DNA of 63,112 nt, counting the filler, from Lenisia limosa (taxonomy: Eukaryota; Protista; Breviatea), in NCBI GenBank assembly GCA_001655205.1. It is 10 parts of 10 records of this genome, joined end to end, with 100 filler letters (N's around TTAATTAATTAA, not from the genome) between each part and the next. Parts side by side here need not be neighbours in the genome. Positions count along the whole stretch, not along the records: positions 25,667 to 27,658 come from LPNZ01000342.1; positions 27,759 to 36,235 come from LPNZ01003140.1; positions 36,336 to 48,229 come from LPNZ01004362.1; 7 more parts are not named here. The stretch is one strand, 5' to 3'. Position 1 is the stretch's first letter, and each line of letters begins with the position of its first letter. A program made the position numbers and the translations under genes. This document shows positions 25,880 to 37,149 of the stretch, piece by piece. A model generated the notes under the pieces. It was not told the DNA's origin. It made no database searches and saw only the letters and a list, made by a program, of their open reading frames with translations.

Positions 25880-27449
25880 CAGTTTTCGTCATCTTTCACC
25901 CCTCCCCCTAGACCATATGACGAGGACGACGCACCTCTTATGGGTTTGTAACTCGAAGATATGGTGTACGGTGCGCTGATGAGTGATGCATTTTTCTGAG
26001 AGTGAAATTGTGACGGAACCCCTGAGGGTTGGAAGGAAACTATTTCGACACAAAAATGCGACGACTTTCATAAATCCCCCAAAATCAGTTCAATTAGCCT
26101 CCTTTAACATCTTTTTTGAGAAAAAATCGTCGATCGTTTTGGGTTTCAATGTTCCCAACCCCCTGTGGCCAAGTACCCACTCGTCTACTTTATACTGTTT
26201 TCTTCCTCTGTCAGTCAACTGCAGAAGCGACTCGCGTGTAGTTTGTTTTGGTTCTGCGATCCAGGGCTTCCCATCCGAAGCCAAAGGTTATCTCTCAATC
26301 AACCCCATGCTTAAAGGAACATTCTATAGTCCAAGGAGTCGAAAATTTACGTCTTTTCGAGCTGAAGTGAAGCCCAAAACATAGCAATTCTCATGGGGGT
26401 TATTAGCCTCTCAGTAGTTTATTTTTTGAGAAAAGAACATATTTCAATCCATTCCAGACTCTTGAAACCATTCTCCATTCCGTACCTGGCATGAAGGATG
26501 AAGTCCACATGAACTGGTCAGGTGGTCTCAGTGAGACAGGGATATATATGTTCCGGCTCCATTTCATATATCAAATGCATATCATATGTTGAATCATGAC
26601 CCCCTTCGTTATTGCTAAATTGAGAACCACTCCTGAACCCCCAGGCGTAAGAGAGGGGGGTCGATACCTCAAAATATCTAAATTTTTACGGTCTTTTTCG
26701 GATCGTAGGGATGCAAGCCCTAATTCACTCATTTAAACATCTCGGTGGAACTACCATAAAGAAGAAATCAATATTCACGAACGCGGAAACGGGCTCAACA
26801 AAAAGCCTCTCAAAAAAAAAAATCAAAAACAAAAACAGAAATAATATCAGTATGCCAGACCTAACCCATCAGATCGCGTTCAAATTACATCTCTTATCTG
26901 CTGCGCATTCAAACAATCGTTTGATTTCTAAACAAGTTAAAAAGAGGAAGTTGTATTGTAGAAAATGTGAATCAGAAAAACAAAAATATAAAAAAAGAGA
27001 ACATGAGGGTTGATTAAACAAAGCCCAGGGCAGTCACTTCTGCAGCATCGCATCCCATCACTCCAACAAATTAAGCCCAGGCCAGTTGCTTCTGCAGCAC
27101 CGCATCCCATCACAAAAAGGGTCCAACCCACCTCCACTTTTAATGATCCTGTCAGAAATCTTGTCTAATGAACCTGTAGGATGTAAAAAAAAAAACAGGT
27201 TGCATATCATTAATTACGTCATATAATACACAAACTTCACTTCGATTCAAAAAAAATAAATACTGAATTTCTCGATAAATCCTCGAAAACTATTGATATT
27301 TTCCCCGAACCGAAGTGACAGACCCCACCCTTACTAGTATCATAGCTTGGTAGAACGTCCCTCACAATCCGAGTCATAATGTACATGAATCTTGGCAGGC
27401 CAGAGAAATGAAACACCGAAGCAGGTTTGCCTGCAAGAATACTGACACT
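25880..27449 (-). CDS. Fragment of a multi-exon hypothetical protein
   Basis: Phase-compatible exons ...SFLWPAKIHVHYDSD|(C)SLDKISDRIIKSG|EIKRLFECAADKR, plus ORF 26090-26284. No recognisable domain. Confidence 0.45.
26660..26722. mobile_element. MITE family 1, right-half remnant
   Basis: TTTACGGTCTTTTTCGGATCGTAGGGATGCAAGCCCTA. Confidence 0.55.
26928..27131 (-). mobile_element. Introner-like repeat A forming a ~204-bp intron with a duplicated core
   Basis: GTGGGTTGG donor; two tandem GTGATGGGATGCG(G/A)TGCTGCAGAAG..ACTG..CTGGGCTT cores; then CAACCCTCATG and a pyrimidine tail to TAG. Confidence 0.6.
27235..27318. mobile_element. MITE family 1, end-eroded copy
   Basis: CTTCACTTCGATTC...TGAATTTCTCGATAAATCCTCGAAAAC...CGAACCGAAGTGA. 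Confidence 0.7.
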
Positions 27450-27550
27450 CTGCAGAGGTAAAAAAAGGAAAATTTATGAAACATAAAGCCCGCAAATCAA
27501 CTCTGTTGGCAAGAAGAACACCATGGTTGAAAACAAAAAAAGCCCAGGCG
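27450..27550 (-). repeat. Introner-like repeat A, tail
   Basis: CTGGGCTTTTTTTGTTTTCAACC..GCCAACAGAGTTGATTTGCGGGCTTTATGTTTCATAAATTTTCC..CTGCAG acceptor. Confidence 0.75.
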
Positions 27551-27597
27551 CAGGAATAGCGACTTATTTGGGTGTGAAGTTACAATTTCCCATTCTT

Positions 27598-27658
27598 GCA
27601 CCATCTGTTATTGCTTGTCTTACACCATCTGTTATTGCTTGTCTTACACCATCTGTTA
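27598..27658. repeat. Minisatellite, 24-bp unit (CACCATCTGTTATTGCTTGTCTTA)
   Basis: About 2.5 identical units up to the scaffold end. Confidence 0.85.
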
Positions 27659-27758
27659 NNNNNNNNNNNNNNNNNNNNNNNNNNNNNNNNNNNNNNNNNN
27701 NNTTAATTAATTAANNNNNNNNNNNNNNNNNNNNNNNNNNNNNNNNNNNNNNNNNNNN

Positions 27759-28020
27759 CCCCACCCCCACCTCCTCCTATGGGCGGTAAGCGGGGTGCCT
27801 TCCTTGTTTCACTATATTCCTTCATTATTATTTTTATTATTTTTTGTGCAACAAACGGCAGCATTTCTATGTTTTTTTTTGTGGGTATTAACTGTGTAGG
27901 ACCTCCACCTCCTCCGATGGGTGGCGGGCCTCCCCCACCTCCTCCTCGTAAGCGCACTACCTTCATTTTTTTTCTCTCGTTTTTTTTCTCATCTTTTTAG
28001 CCCCACCTCCCCCAAGATAG
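27759..28020 (+). CDS. Polyproline-Gly exons (FH1/WASP-verprolin-like tract), fragment at scaffold start
   Basis: PPPPMG|GPPPPPMGGGPPPPPP, with GTAAGC donors and TAG acceptors. Confidence 0.5.
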
Positions 28021-28429
28021 ACTGTGTATCAGAGTTCGTATTTATTATTCTTCTTCATCTTGGTTACTTACTTACAATTATGAGCAAGTTTTTTGAATAA
28101 TACTCCTTTATTGCGGAGAATGAGGATGATGCTAGTTAGAGAAACAGGTTGAAACAAACCCATGTGGGGCCGGCCGTCTGAGCATGTAGATGTTGTGATC
28201 TCCCTGCGGAGCTAGATATCATGCAAATATCATTGGGGCAGGGGTGACGGGAATTGGAGGATGGGGAGCGAGTTTCGGATAGCCCAGCGATAGAGCCAAT
28301 TCAAGCCATCCTCAAGCCCATCAATTTCTCAGCATATTGTAAAGACCAGATAGAGAAGAAGAAGAAATGATTAGAATGCATTCTTCCACTCCCACTGTCT
28401 TTCTCATTGTCCTATTGCTGCCATTTTAC

Positions 28430-30007
28430 AGTTTTTGCGCTTATATCAATCGGGAAGGGAATTTCCAAGCCAACTTTGGAACATCAAGTACTGATCCTGT
28501 CCTTCAAGTGAGTGTGGCGATATGATGGGTTGAATCTTGGTGGGTTTGTTTGAGGAAAGTTGTAGGAGCAACAGGTGCAACACGAAAGCGATTATGAACC
28601 ATTCTTTGTATTCCGAGAAGGAGTTTTTTCCACGTCACCACTTCAGAGTGAATATGCGTCGCTTGTGTCGATCCACACACTCTCAGTGATATCCGTCAAT
28701 TCCCTCAATGATGTTATCTTTCTGAACGTGTCTGGACTTCCTGACAATGCTCACCTGAGGGTTTGCTTGGACTGTGATACGTTGAATTAATACTTTGCCC
28801 ATCCCGCTTACCAATCACCATAGTTCACATCATCGCATATTGAACCCTACACGCTGAGTCTCCCTGAGTCTCCGCGAACCGTTATGGAGCTGTCAATGGG
28901 CTACATCCGCTGTACATTTTCAATTCAGGTAAAGCTTCAAATGAGGGGACATTAGCATGCTTCATTTTTAGAGAGCCTCACAATTCAGGCCTGTATTGCC
29001 GATGTTTGCGGCCCGTCAGTAACTGCTCGCCCTGGAGCTTTGCGTAACCTTTATACAACCAAATCACCAGATTACGTCACTCGACCAATGCCCCAAGTAA
29101 GTATTACTAATGTGGAATTTAGCTTTTTCAAACCTTCGTATTCTTACATCTCGAAATAATGAAACTCTTGATAAATCCACTACTTTAGTACTCATATTCC
29201 TCTAACACCCCAGGCAGCGTCACCGACATTCGCGTTCCCTTCTGGTGATTGGGCTATTGAGGTTTGGACACTTTGACAACTCACTCTCCAGAGTTATGTT
29301 GTGTTGGACTTTTCTCAATTTTCAACGGACCCTATTTCATACGGTACAATGATATCTGTTGGCAAGTTCAGCACTGACATTTCATCAACTCTGTTCCTCC
29401 TCTGCCAGACCACCCAGACTGTTTGAAAGGTGTTCTTTTTCATATTTTAGGGAATCATTTCAACCTACATTGAGGGCAATGGACAAAGTACTGATACATG
29501 TTGGTGACTCATTTGCTTTACCCCTTAGCGGCTGTCACTGGGATGAACCACCTCATATTACAAAAAGAAGGCAGCAATGTAAGTTGTACTTGCAGCTCAG
29601 TGCTTAAAGCGTGGCATCATTGCTATAGATAATGCTCTACAACAACAACAATTCAGGGAAGCTTCTCTTAACATCATCAACACAACCAACCCCTGGAACT
29701 GAAGTTGTAAGCTGGAGTTCTAGTGCCTCTAGTGTAATATTAATAAAGCCAGTATTTTGGAGAACGACCTTTGAGGACTTGGCTTACCTGTGTAGGCAAT
29801 GATTTTTGGAACACATTTTTCGACATCTGGATTTTCGGTGTCAAAGGGAATCCACACTGGAGAGAGATACTACCATGTTGGCTGGATCTTCTTATTATAC
29901 ATTTGTAGTCAAGGATGTACACGAAAGCAATGACAGCCGAAGAACGAACTGCACACTACCTATCCGGCCCAACTCTCAAGGTCTGGAAGTGGACGCTCGA
30001 GGAATAA
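28430..30007 (+). CDS. Multi-exon protein with a probable laminin-G/concanavalin-like (LamG-like) domain
   Basis: About 10 short exons, mostly phase 0, e.g. AASPTFAFPSGDWAIE|SYVVLDFSQFSTDPISYGTMISVG and ...SRMYTKAMTAEERTAHYLSGP...* (compare the LamG_3 C-terminal 'IYNRALSxEEIxxHY'). The domain call rests on motif resemblance only. Confidence 0.55.
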
Positions 30008-30055
30008 CATGTGCTTTATGGCCAGGGATTGTAAAATTTATTACATATATATGCA

Positions 30056-31241
30056 CCCGCGCCAAAACCCCGTCATTATTGGGATATCCCGTCATTATTG
30101 AATAAACGGTGTCATAACACAAGAATTCATTATTTTACTATTCTAACCAGTAGAAAGTAAAAATTAGCAAAAAAAAATCGGAAGTGTCGAAAGTTCAGTT
30201 CACCCCCTTTTCACGAGCTTTTTTTTTTTTNNNNNNNNNNATTTGATCTCCTTCCCCCAAAGTAAATGTGGTACTTTTTTGTCACCATACATACATATAT
30301 TATGTGTGTGCTCTTTAGATAGGGTTATTATGCCTCTAATATGTAGATATATTTTACAATTACAGGACTGCCAAAAACTTGAAGTGCTTCGCATTGAAAT
30401 CCGACATAATGAGGGTTTCTATAAAATGGCAATTGAAGAACAGATNNNNNNNNNNNNNNNNNNNNNNNNNNNNNNNNNNNNNNNNNNNNNNNNNNNNNNN
30501 NNNNNNNNNNNNNNNNNNNNNNNNNNGTGCTGAAAGTTAAAATCTTTTCAATTGTCGTTGTAACTGTTTCTTTAGCTCGGAAAGCGTAAATGGAAAAGGT
30601 TGTCGAAAAGAAAAAGGAAGAACAGCGCCTCAAAGCTATTGGTTGGATTTTGATAATAATGTGTGATAATATAGTATTTGGTCTAATTTATATTTAGCTC
30701 AGAAAGCTGCTAAGAAACATCAAGAAGCTTGATACGCGCCTTTAATACAAGTTTTTCTTATTTCACTTAGCTCGCAAAACAGAAATCCAATCAAAGCAAT
30801 GCAACAAAAAAGGTTTGCCTGAATATTTTGGAAAAGTAGTTTCGATTATGTACAATTTTGACTATTGTAGGCCGTCGCTCCGTATATATAGTTTATCCGT
30901 TGGCTGTATTTCCGCTCTTGTGTTAATATATATTGTTTATTTATCATTTATCGTATCTTATATATGCACAAATAGAAAATGCAGTTTCAAAAAACTGGGC
31001 CCCTTCATATGTACGTCCCCTTTATATTCCCTGACCTATAATATATATATCGATATCTGCTCCCGCGCCAAAACCCCGTCATTCTTGGGATATCCCGTCA
31101 TTATTGAATAAACGGCGTCATAACACCACAAGAATTCATTATTTTACTATTCTAACCAGTAGAAAGTAAAAATTAGCAAAAAAATAATAATAATAGAAAA
31201 ATCAGAAGTGTCGGAAGTTCAGTTCACCCCCTTTTCACGAG
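30056..31241 (+). repeat. Direct repeat pair, ~165-180 bp (30056-30217 and 31062-31241)
   Basis: Both begin CCCGCGCCAAAACCCCGTCATT and end TTCACCCCCTTTTCACGAG, with few substitutions and one indel. Confidence 0.9.
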
Positions 31242-31330
31242 TTTTTTGTCCCCTCTTTTACTGTTACTCAAAGTTGCATTTTGGTGAAATTTTTTTACAG
31301 AATCAAGAAGAAGCCATCCAAGGCTACTGT
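30330..31330 (+). pseudogene. Degraded Lys/Glu-rich exon-like fragments
   Basis: AG-flanked segments DCQKLEVLRIEIRHNEGFYK, RKA*MEKVVEKKKEEQRLKAI, QKAAKKHQEA* and IKKKPSKAT contain in-frame stops. They sit in AT-rich DNA between direct repeats. Confidence 0.3.
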
Positions 31331-32345
31331 TTGTCACTTTTTTTTACTAAAAAAAGACATCTAGGGCCTCGGATGTATGCAACAAAGTTGAAAACTTGGT
31401 CCGGTAAAACTTGATTAGTAAAAGTTTGTGGGNNNNNNNNNNACAGAATCAAGAAGAAGACATCCAAGGCTACTGTTTGTCACTTTTTTTTAACCAAAAA
31501 AAAGACATCTAGGGCCTCGGATGTATGCAACAAAATTGAAAACTTGGTCCGGTAAAACTTGATTAGTAAAAGTTTGGGTGTATGAAGGGCTATTAGGTAC
31601 AGTAACCTATGTACATTGGAATTGAACCTTTATATTTAAGTGAAATATTAATAACATATCCCGAGGGCATCACAAGGTGTTACTGCCATGCGGTCTTCAG
31701 CACTATTCTCCTTGGCAACACTGATAACCTTCAAGCAAGCCATTGCTGTATACTTCTTTATTTTTCGGAAATATTTTGAAATATCAGTTTGAAATACGAT
31801 GCTTTAGCTGTTACTGGGTTGGTCAACCCCCAATACCATGGACAAGGTATCCCTCTCCTCGCTTGTCCCCAACAGCGGTGATCAAAGACTCTGACACGGA
31901 CTATAGTGTACATTCGTGTCTGACCTTTTGTTACTCAGTGTATAAGAACCATAAATACAATTTATGAAATTGTTGTATTGTGATTCAATAGGGTTTATGG
32001 TGATTAAATGAAATGTTCAGTAAATTGAATGATGTACGGAACTTTGAATATATCACTCCCAAATCTGCTATTTTTGTGATTTTTCGATGATCTTAGATTT
32101 TGAATAAAGTTTGCGTAAGTTCAGTAACTTCTACCATTTTTTTTTATTATTATTATTGACTTGGGACCAAAATATTCCAGAAACTTACCTAATAAGGACA
32201 GCAGGATTTTAAAAGTCTAAAAGAACAGCCTTTTCTCATCTTAAAGCCTTTTATAGTTAAGACGTCAGACACCGAAAGCGAGACACCCAAAAGCCTAAAT
32301 ATTGTCGAATCAAATTTTAAAATGGCGTTTGTAGGCTCAAGAAAT

Positions 32346-32418
32346 AAAGCCTGACATTTGGACTGAAATTACCAAGTATGGAAAATTTGAAATAGTTTCA
32401 GTGAAAATGCCAGGCTTT
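32346..32418. repeat. Short inverted repeat (hairpin), possible third MITE
   Basis: AAAGCCTGACATTTGGACTGAAA versus TTTCAGTGAAAATGCCAGGCTTT (20/23 complementary). Confidence 0.6.
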
Positions 32419-34592
32419 CTATCCTGAGCCTGCTAACACCATTTAAATATTTGATACGACCATTTTTAGGGTTTTGGGTGTGGTTTCTGACGTCATTTTA
32501 AGTGATAAAGGGCTTTAATGCGAGATGTGCACCACCGTTTGGAGATAATGCTACTAACCTCTCTACCCCCCGTAAAAAACTGTTCAATTGAAAAAAACTT
32601 GTTTTCCTGAGAAGGAAGGCTCGAGAGAGCAAGAAGACCCTCTGTTTCAGAGAAAGCCAGGATTGGATGGATTTGGATACTTTCTTTGATGGGGCAAGTT
32701 CCTGTTTCTCGATGTTCAATGCATCTCTTTCTCTTTTCTTTTAAAATGATTGTATCTTTCAATAATAATCAATTCAGAGGAAGAGATCAGGAAATTGCTT
32801 GAGATCATCCAAAAAAGAAAAATGAGACTTCTTATTTCTGTTTTTTTTTTTTTTTTNNNNNNNNNNNNNNNNNNNNNNNNNNNNNNNNNNNNNNNNNNNN
32901 NNNNNNNNNNNNNNNNNNNNNNNNNNNNNNNNNNNNNNNNNNNNNNNNNNNNNNNNNNNNNNNNNNNNNNNNNNNNNNNNNNNNNNNNNNNNNNNNNNNN
33001 NNNNNNNNNNNNNNNNNNNNNNNNNNNNNNNNNNNNNNNNNNNNNNNNNNNNNNNNNNNNNNNNNGTACATCTCGTTTTAAGATGCGAAATGACTGCCTT
33101 TTAGACTTTAACAAACCTGCTTTCCTTATTCGGCAAGTATGAAACTTTCTGGAACGTGTTACAGTATCAAAATGTGAGACCTCAAAGAGAGCAAGGCAAC
33201 GTGATGAAGTTACGCAAATGCTTACCAGGAGTCACTTGTGGCCTCTTCAACTACAGAGATTGTTCTTCATTAAACTCTTTGGTGGTTGGCAATGTGGGAG
33301 GGGGGGAGGGGTCTTTATTCTCTTTGCTTTATCATGCACAGTTGTTAATTTAATTACGTAGCCCTAACTGCTCGCCGTCATTTTCTGCCCAAGAAGCCGG
33401 AAAGGAGTATCTCAAGTACGCTTTCGTGGAGGCTAGGAAGTTCGCTTGTCGTGACGCCAAGAACACCATCCATGAACATCCCGCGTACGACAAGAAGCCC
33501 AAAGGAAAAGACGTTGAAATATTGCATTTGGTCGTTATTTCATGTTTCCATTGATTTTGTGTCGAAAAATGGGCAAAATAGGGTTTAATGCAGGAAGCAT
33601 ATCATATAGTAGTACATGTTATGTACGATTGTGAATTTTCCAAACCAACCTATACCCCCCCCTCCCAATTTATACTCTATATGACATAATTATTATGCTT
33701 TGTGGAAGCAACTGATAATGTTATACAGTTTTTTAAAACTTTAGGATTCGGAGTGATATTAATTATGATTTTTCTCGAATTGTCTGCAGTATACTAGTTT
33801 CCCACTTGTCACCATTGGCCGATTTTTAGTTTCAATGTATTTGAGAACAAATTTTGTGATAACATGGAGTTATTGACCCGTGGCCAAAGAACTCTTTTTG
33901 GACCTTATTTTTTACGGTCAAAGTGGACAACAAATAATGTCTCATATGTACTTACTAATATTAGTACTGTTTCTAAGAACTGCCTAGGTAGATGGTGAGT
34001 TTAGTTTAACGAAACAGACCAGAGGTAGATACAACATTCAAATCAATTCAGAAATCAGCAAAAAAATAGCATAAAATATGGAAATAAAGTCTGTCTGATC
34101 TATTCTGGTGGTCAACTCAGAAACTGTTAACGGTCGGATCATACAAAACAACAGAAGCTGAAGCTATTATCCCGAACAACTGTTGCTGCGCCCAATTCCT
34201 AAAAGTCATTTCTTCCTTGAGGTGAAACAGAAAATTCCTCCACTGGAGCGGATCACATTTATATAATATTATTATTTTCACTCTTCTCTCAACCAAACAA
34301 ATCAATCAAGCAGGCAAATGATGCTACGACGGAGCCAAGACAGTATATGTATTAGACCGTCAGAAACAAAATCTTTGTTTTCTGACCCAGCTCCTTTTGT
34401 ATTATTATTCAAAATGCTTGACTCAAGAGAACAACTAAAATGATGAAATTAATGATCAAAACTAAGAAATGACGAGAATGAAGGTGATTATGCTGAAGAA
34501 AATGAGATTGAAGGAGATGGTGTTACTATTGCTGATGAGGAAGACTAAGTATCAGATGAAGACGGCGAGGATATTTTTACCGGAAGCTCAAA

Positions 34593-35539
34593 TCACGGCA
34601 ATTTCAAGAAAAAGAAGGGCTTTTGAACAATTTTTTTTATAAACATTCTCAAATAAAACAGTTTCATGGCCTTTAACAACTCGTCATGTTTATCACTGGC
34701 TGCTGTCTTCCCTGAAAATTGGCATAAAGTAGCAGAAATGGAAAGTTCGAAAGGGGCAGACGCAATAGTTCTCTTGTTGTTTTTCAAAGTAGTACGTCTT
34801 AATTCTCGGCATGGTCCACAAAGTAGGGTTTTGCAATTTGGGTGTAACGCGGCCCGATTGGGTGCAATTAACACTTCTGAAAATAGAAAAAAATGCCGCT
34901 ACTTCACTGGTCTCTGATTCAAAATCACAGTTGCTGAGTCTAGAAAATGCCTCATCATCAATCCCAATACCAAGACACGGAGGTTGTGATGGGAAAATAA
35001 CATCTGTTTTTGGGGAAAGTGATTTGTCAAGAAAACTAGTACGATAAATCCCATTTTAAATAGAGGTGGTAGAAACTACTTAGGTAGGAGTTACAACAAG
35101 TACATTCCCATTTGATAAAACTGAGTAAGAAAATAAATCAGACGTTGTAGTTGGCAGCGTTCTTTGTGCTTCTATTGGCTGCATATTTTTTCCAATCTGT
35201 AATTGATTTTTTTTGGCCTTTTCAAGTCTAGCAATCTCAATACTTGTCAATTTTTTCTGCTTTGTATTTTCAACAAATGGTGGCATCAAATACGACTTTG
35301 TTTCCTGGTAAATTCTCCCACGATGGTTGCATGCCCTGGGATTTTGAAAAAAAGTATCAATCTGGGAAGAAGAGAAGGAAATAATATTCATGATGAGACA
35401 AAGCAAATGCATGGAGTATTACAAAATGCACAAATTGAGCTTTCTTCATCATCAAAAGCCGTATACCATTAGAGGTGACAATGTTCTCCCTTAAGAGATT
35501 GTAAACGTCCGCCATCGGGTTCGAAGTGTTTGTAGTCAA
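34593..35539 (-). pseudogene. Intronless degraded ORF, possible transposon relic
   Basis: ORFs 35080-35412 and 34593-34874 lie in one frame separated by two TAA stops (VTPT*VVSTTSI*NGIY). The frame contains HPNC-x5-CGPCRELRR, a Cys/His cluster. Confidence 0.35.
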
Positions 35540-36439
35540 GCAAAGCTAAACACATTAGATGGAAGTTTGCCAAGGTCCAGCACACTTGATCAAGGAAATA
35601 TTTTTTCAGTAATAAAGGCCAAAGCTAAAACAAAATTAAGAAACGTAATGAAACATTCATGATATGAATAATCAAAAAGATGGGGATGGATGGGTGTAAA
35701 CTAAAAATGAATTGGTTCTAAAAAATCCATCAGTCGACTGTTCTGTATTATAAACCAACATAATCTCAAACCCAGGAGCAAAGAGTTGAGCAAAAAAAGG
35801 CATATCATTGATCAGTGAATTTTTGAGATATGCCATGATCTCTGATTTTGTTGACTAAAATGGGGAGCGTGAAATAGTATTGTCGTCTTCCAAAGACCCT
35901 CGAAAACGATGTAGAATCATTATTGGTGTATAATTTAGCTAAAGGAGCAACAAGAGGTTTCACTGACAAATTCATACCTAATATTCTTCAAAATAGTGCG
36001 TCTTCCCGGCTCTAATGGGAATAAAGGTGTATGTTGGCTCGGATTTAAGCCTTTACGGCGCTGTATGAAAGCTTTTCTTCAGGCAGCAACCGAAATGGAA
36101 ATTTTGGCCCGGTCTGCCGGTACCCCTAAACCACCCTGTGAAAGCTCCCCGAGAACAGGGGGGTGACAGTCTTTATATAAACCCCCCAGGTGCCGGTATA
36201 ATGACCATTTTTATGCTCTTATTATCTCTTTTTACNNNNNNNNNNNNNNNNNNNNNNNNNNNNNNNNNNNNNNNNNNNNTTAATTAATTAANNNNNNNNN
36301 NNNNNNNNNNNNNNNNNNNNNNNNNNNNNNNNNNNACAAAAGGATTCTCCAATTAGCAATAATCGTTATTACCATGATTAGACTGTTATGTCCACACATA
36401 AGCTGTTATTAATTTTGCAATATGTGTTGTAACAGACGC

Positions 36440-36850
36440 GTACTTTGCAGTCTCATTGTGCTAAATGATATCTTTTTTTAATATGCCAGGAACCCTTTTC
36501 TCCTCGGCCCTCACCAAGCTTGATGCTCCGGCGTTGGCTTCTGTCGGAGTCGGTACTTATGTTTACTATTACGTCAGAGACAACTTCAAGCTCTTTGACG
36601 TGGGGAGGGGAGGGGGCCCTCTTATTATTTCTTTTTTCTTTGCTACATCTCAACCGCTGACTTTTTAGGCCCTTTCAAGTGTGAAAGACTTGTTCTCTGG
36701 TGGAAGAAGTGGGTGTTTTGACAGATTTTTGAGTTTTTTTATTGATGAAGATTCATTATTGTTCAGACTTCCTCACCCGCACTGGCGACGACATCAACCT
36801 TGCATGTGCCCTGGCAGACTTTGACGAAAAGAGCCCTCTTGGCCATGAGG
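36440..36850 (+). CDS. Hypothetical protein fragment
   Basis: Exons ...VGTYVYYYVRDNFKLFD|ALSSVKDLFSGGR|NFLTRTGDDINLACALADFDEKSPLGHE have compatible phases. Confidence 0.4.
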
Positions 36851-37149
36851 TGGCGTGGGGGTCACCAAGCATTCCCAGCTTACTTTGGATCTCACAACAT
36901 AGGAGCTATTCCAGTGGACGTGTGCAATTATTGCAGGGATGATGACGCGGAGAATACTGAAGAGCGCTGGTTTCTAAGGGATTGTAGGGTTGATGTTAGT
37001 AGGTATTGTATATTATTATGTCTAAGATACTGGGTACTCAAAAATGTATGGATGTATGCTATTTCAAGCATTCTAAAAGTGCAGTTCCTTGGGTCCATAG
37101 ATTACCAAACTAATATACATGTACATTCCTGCTGGATACCTAGTATAAT

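Noticed and set aside
26937-27137. Recurrent MGCGAAEATGLG peptide resembling a myristoylation/palmitoylation N-terminus
   Set aside because: It is the translation of the intronic repeat core. Copies contain indels and lie between splice sites of other genes.
31297-31577. ~135-bp tandem duplication
   Set aside because: The two copies flank a 10-N gap exactly, which is typical of unmerged overlapping contig ends or alleles.
34593-35412. Stop-codon reassignment (TAA read-through)
   Set aside because: TAA is the normal terminator of intact genes here (PLAC8, ABC transporter), so the in-frame stops reflect decay.
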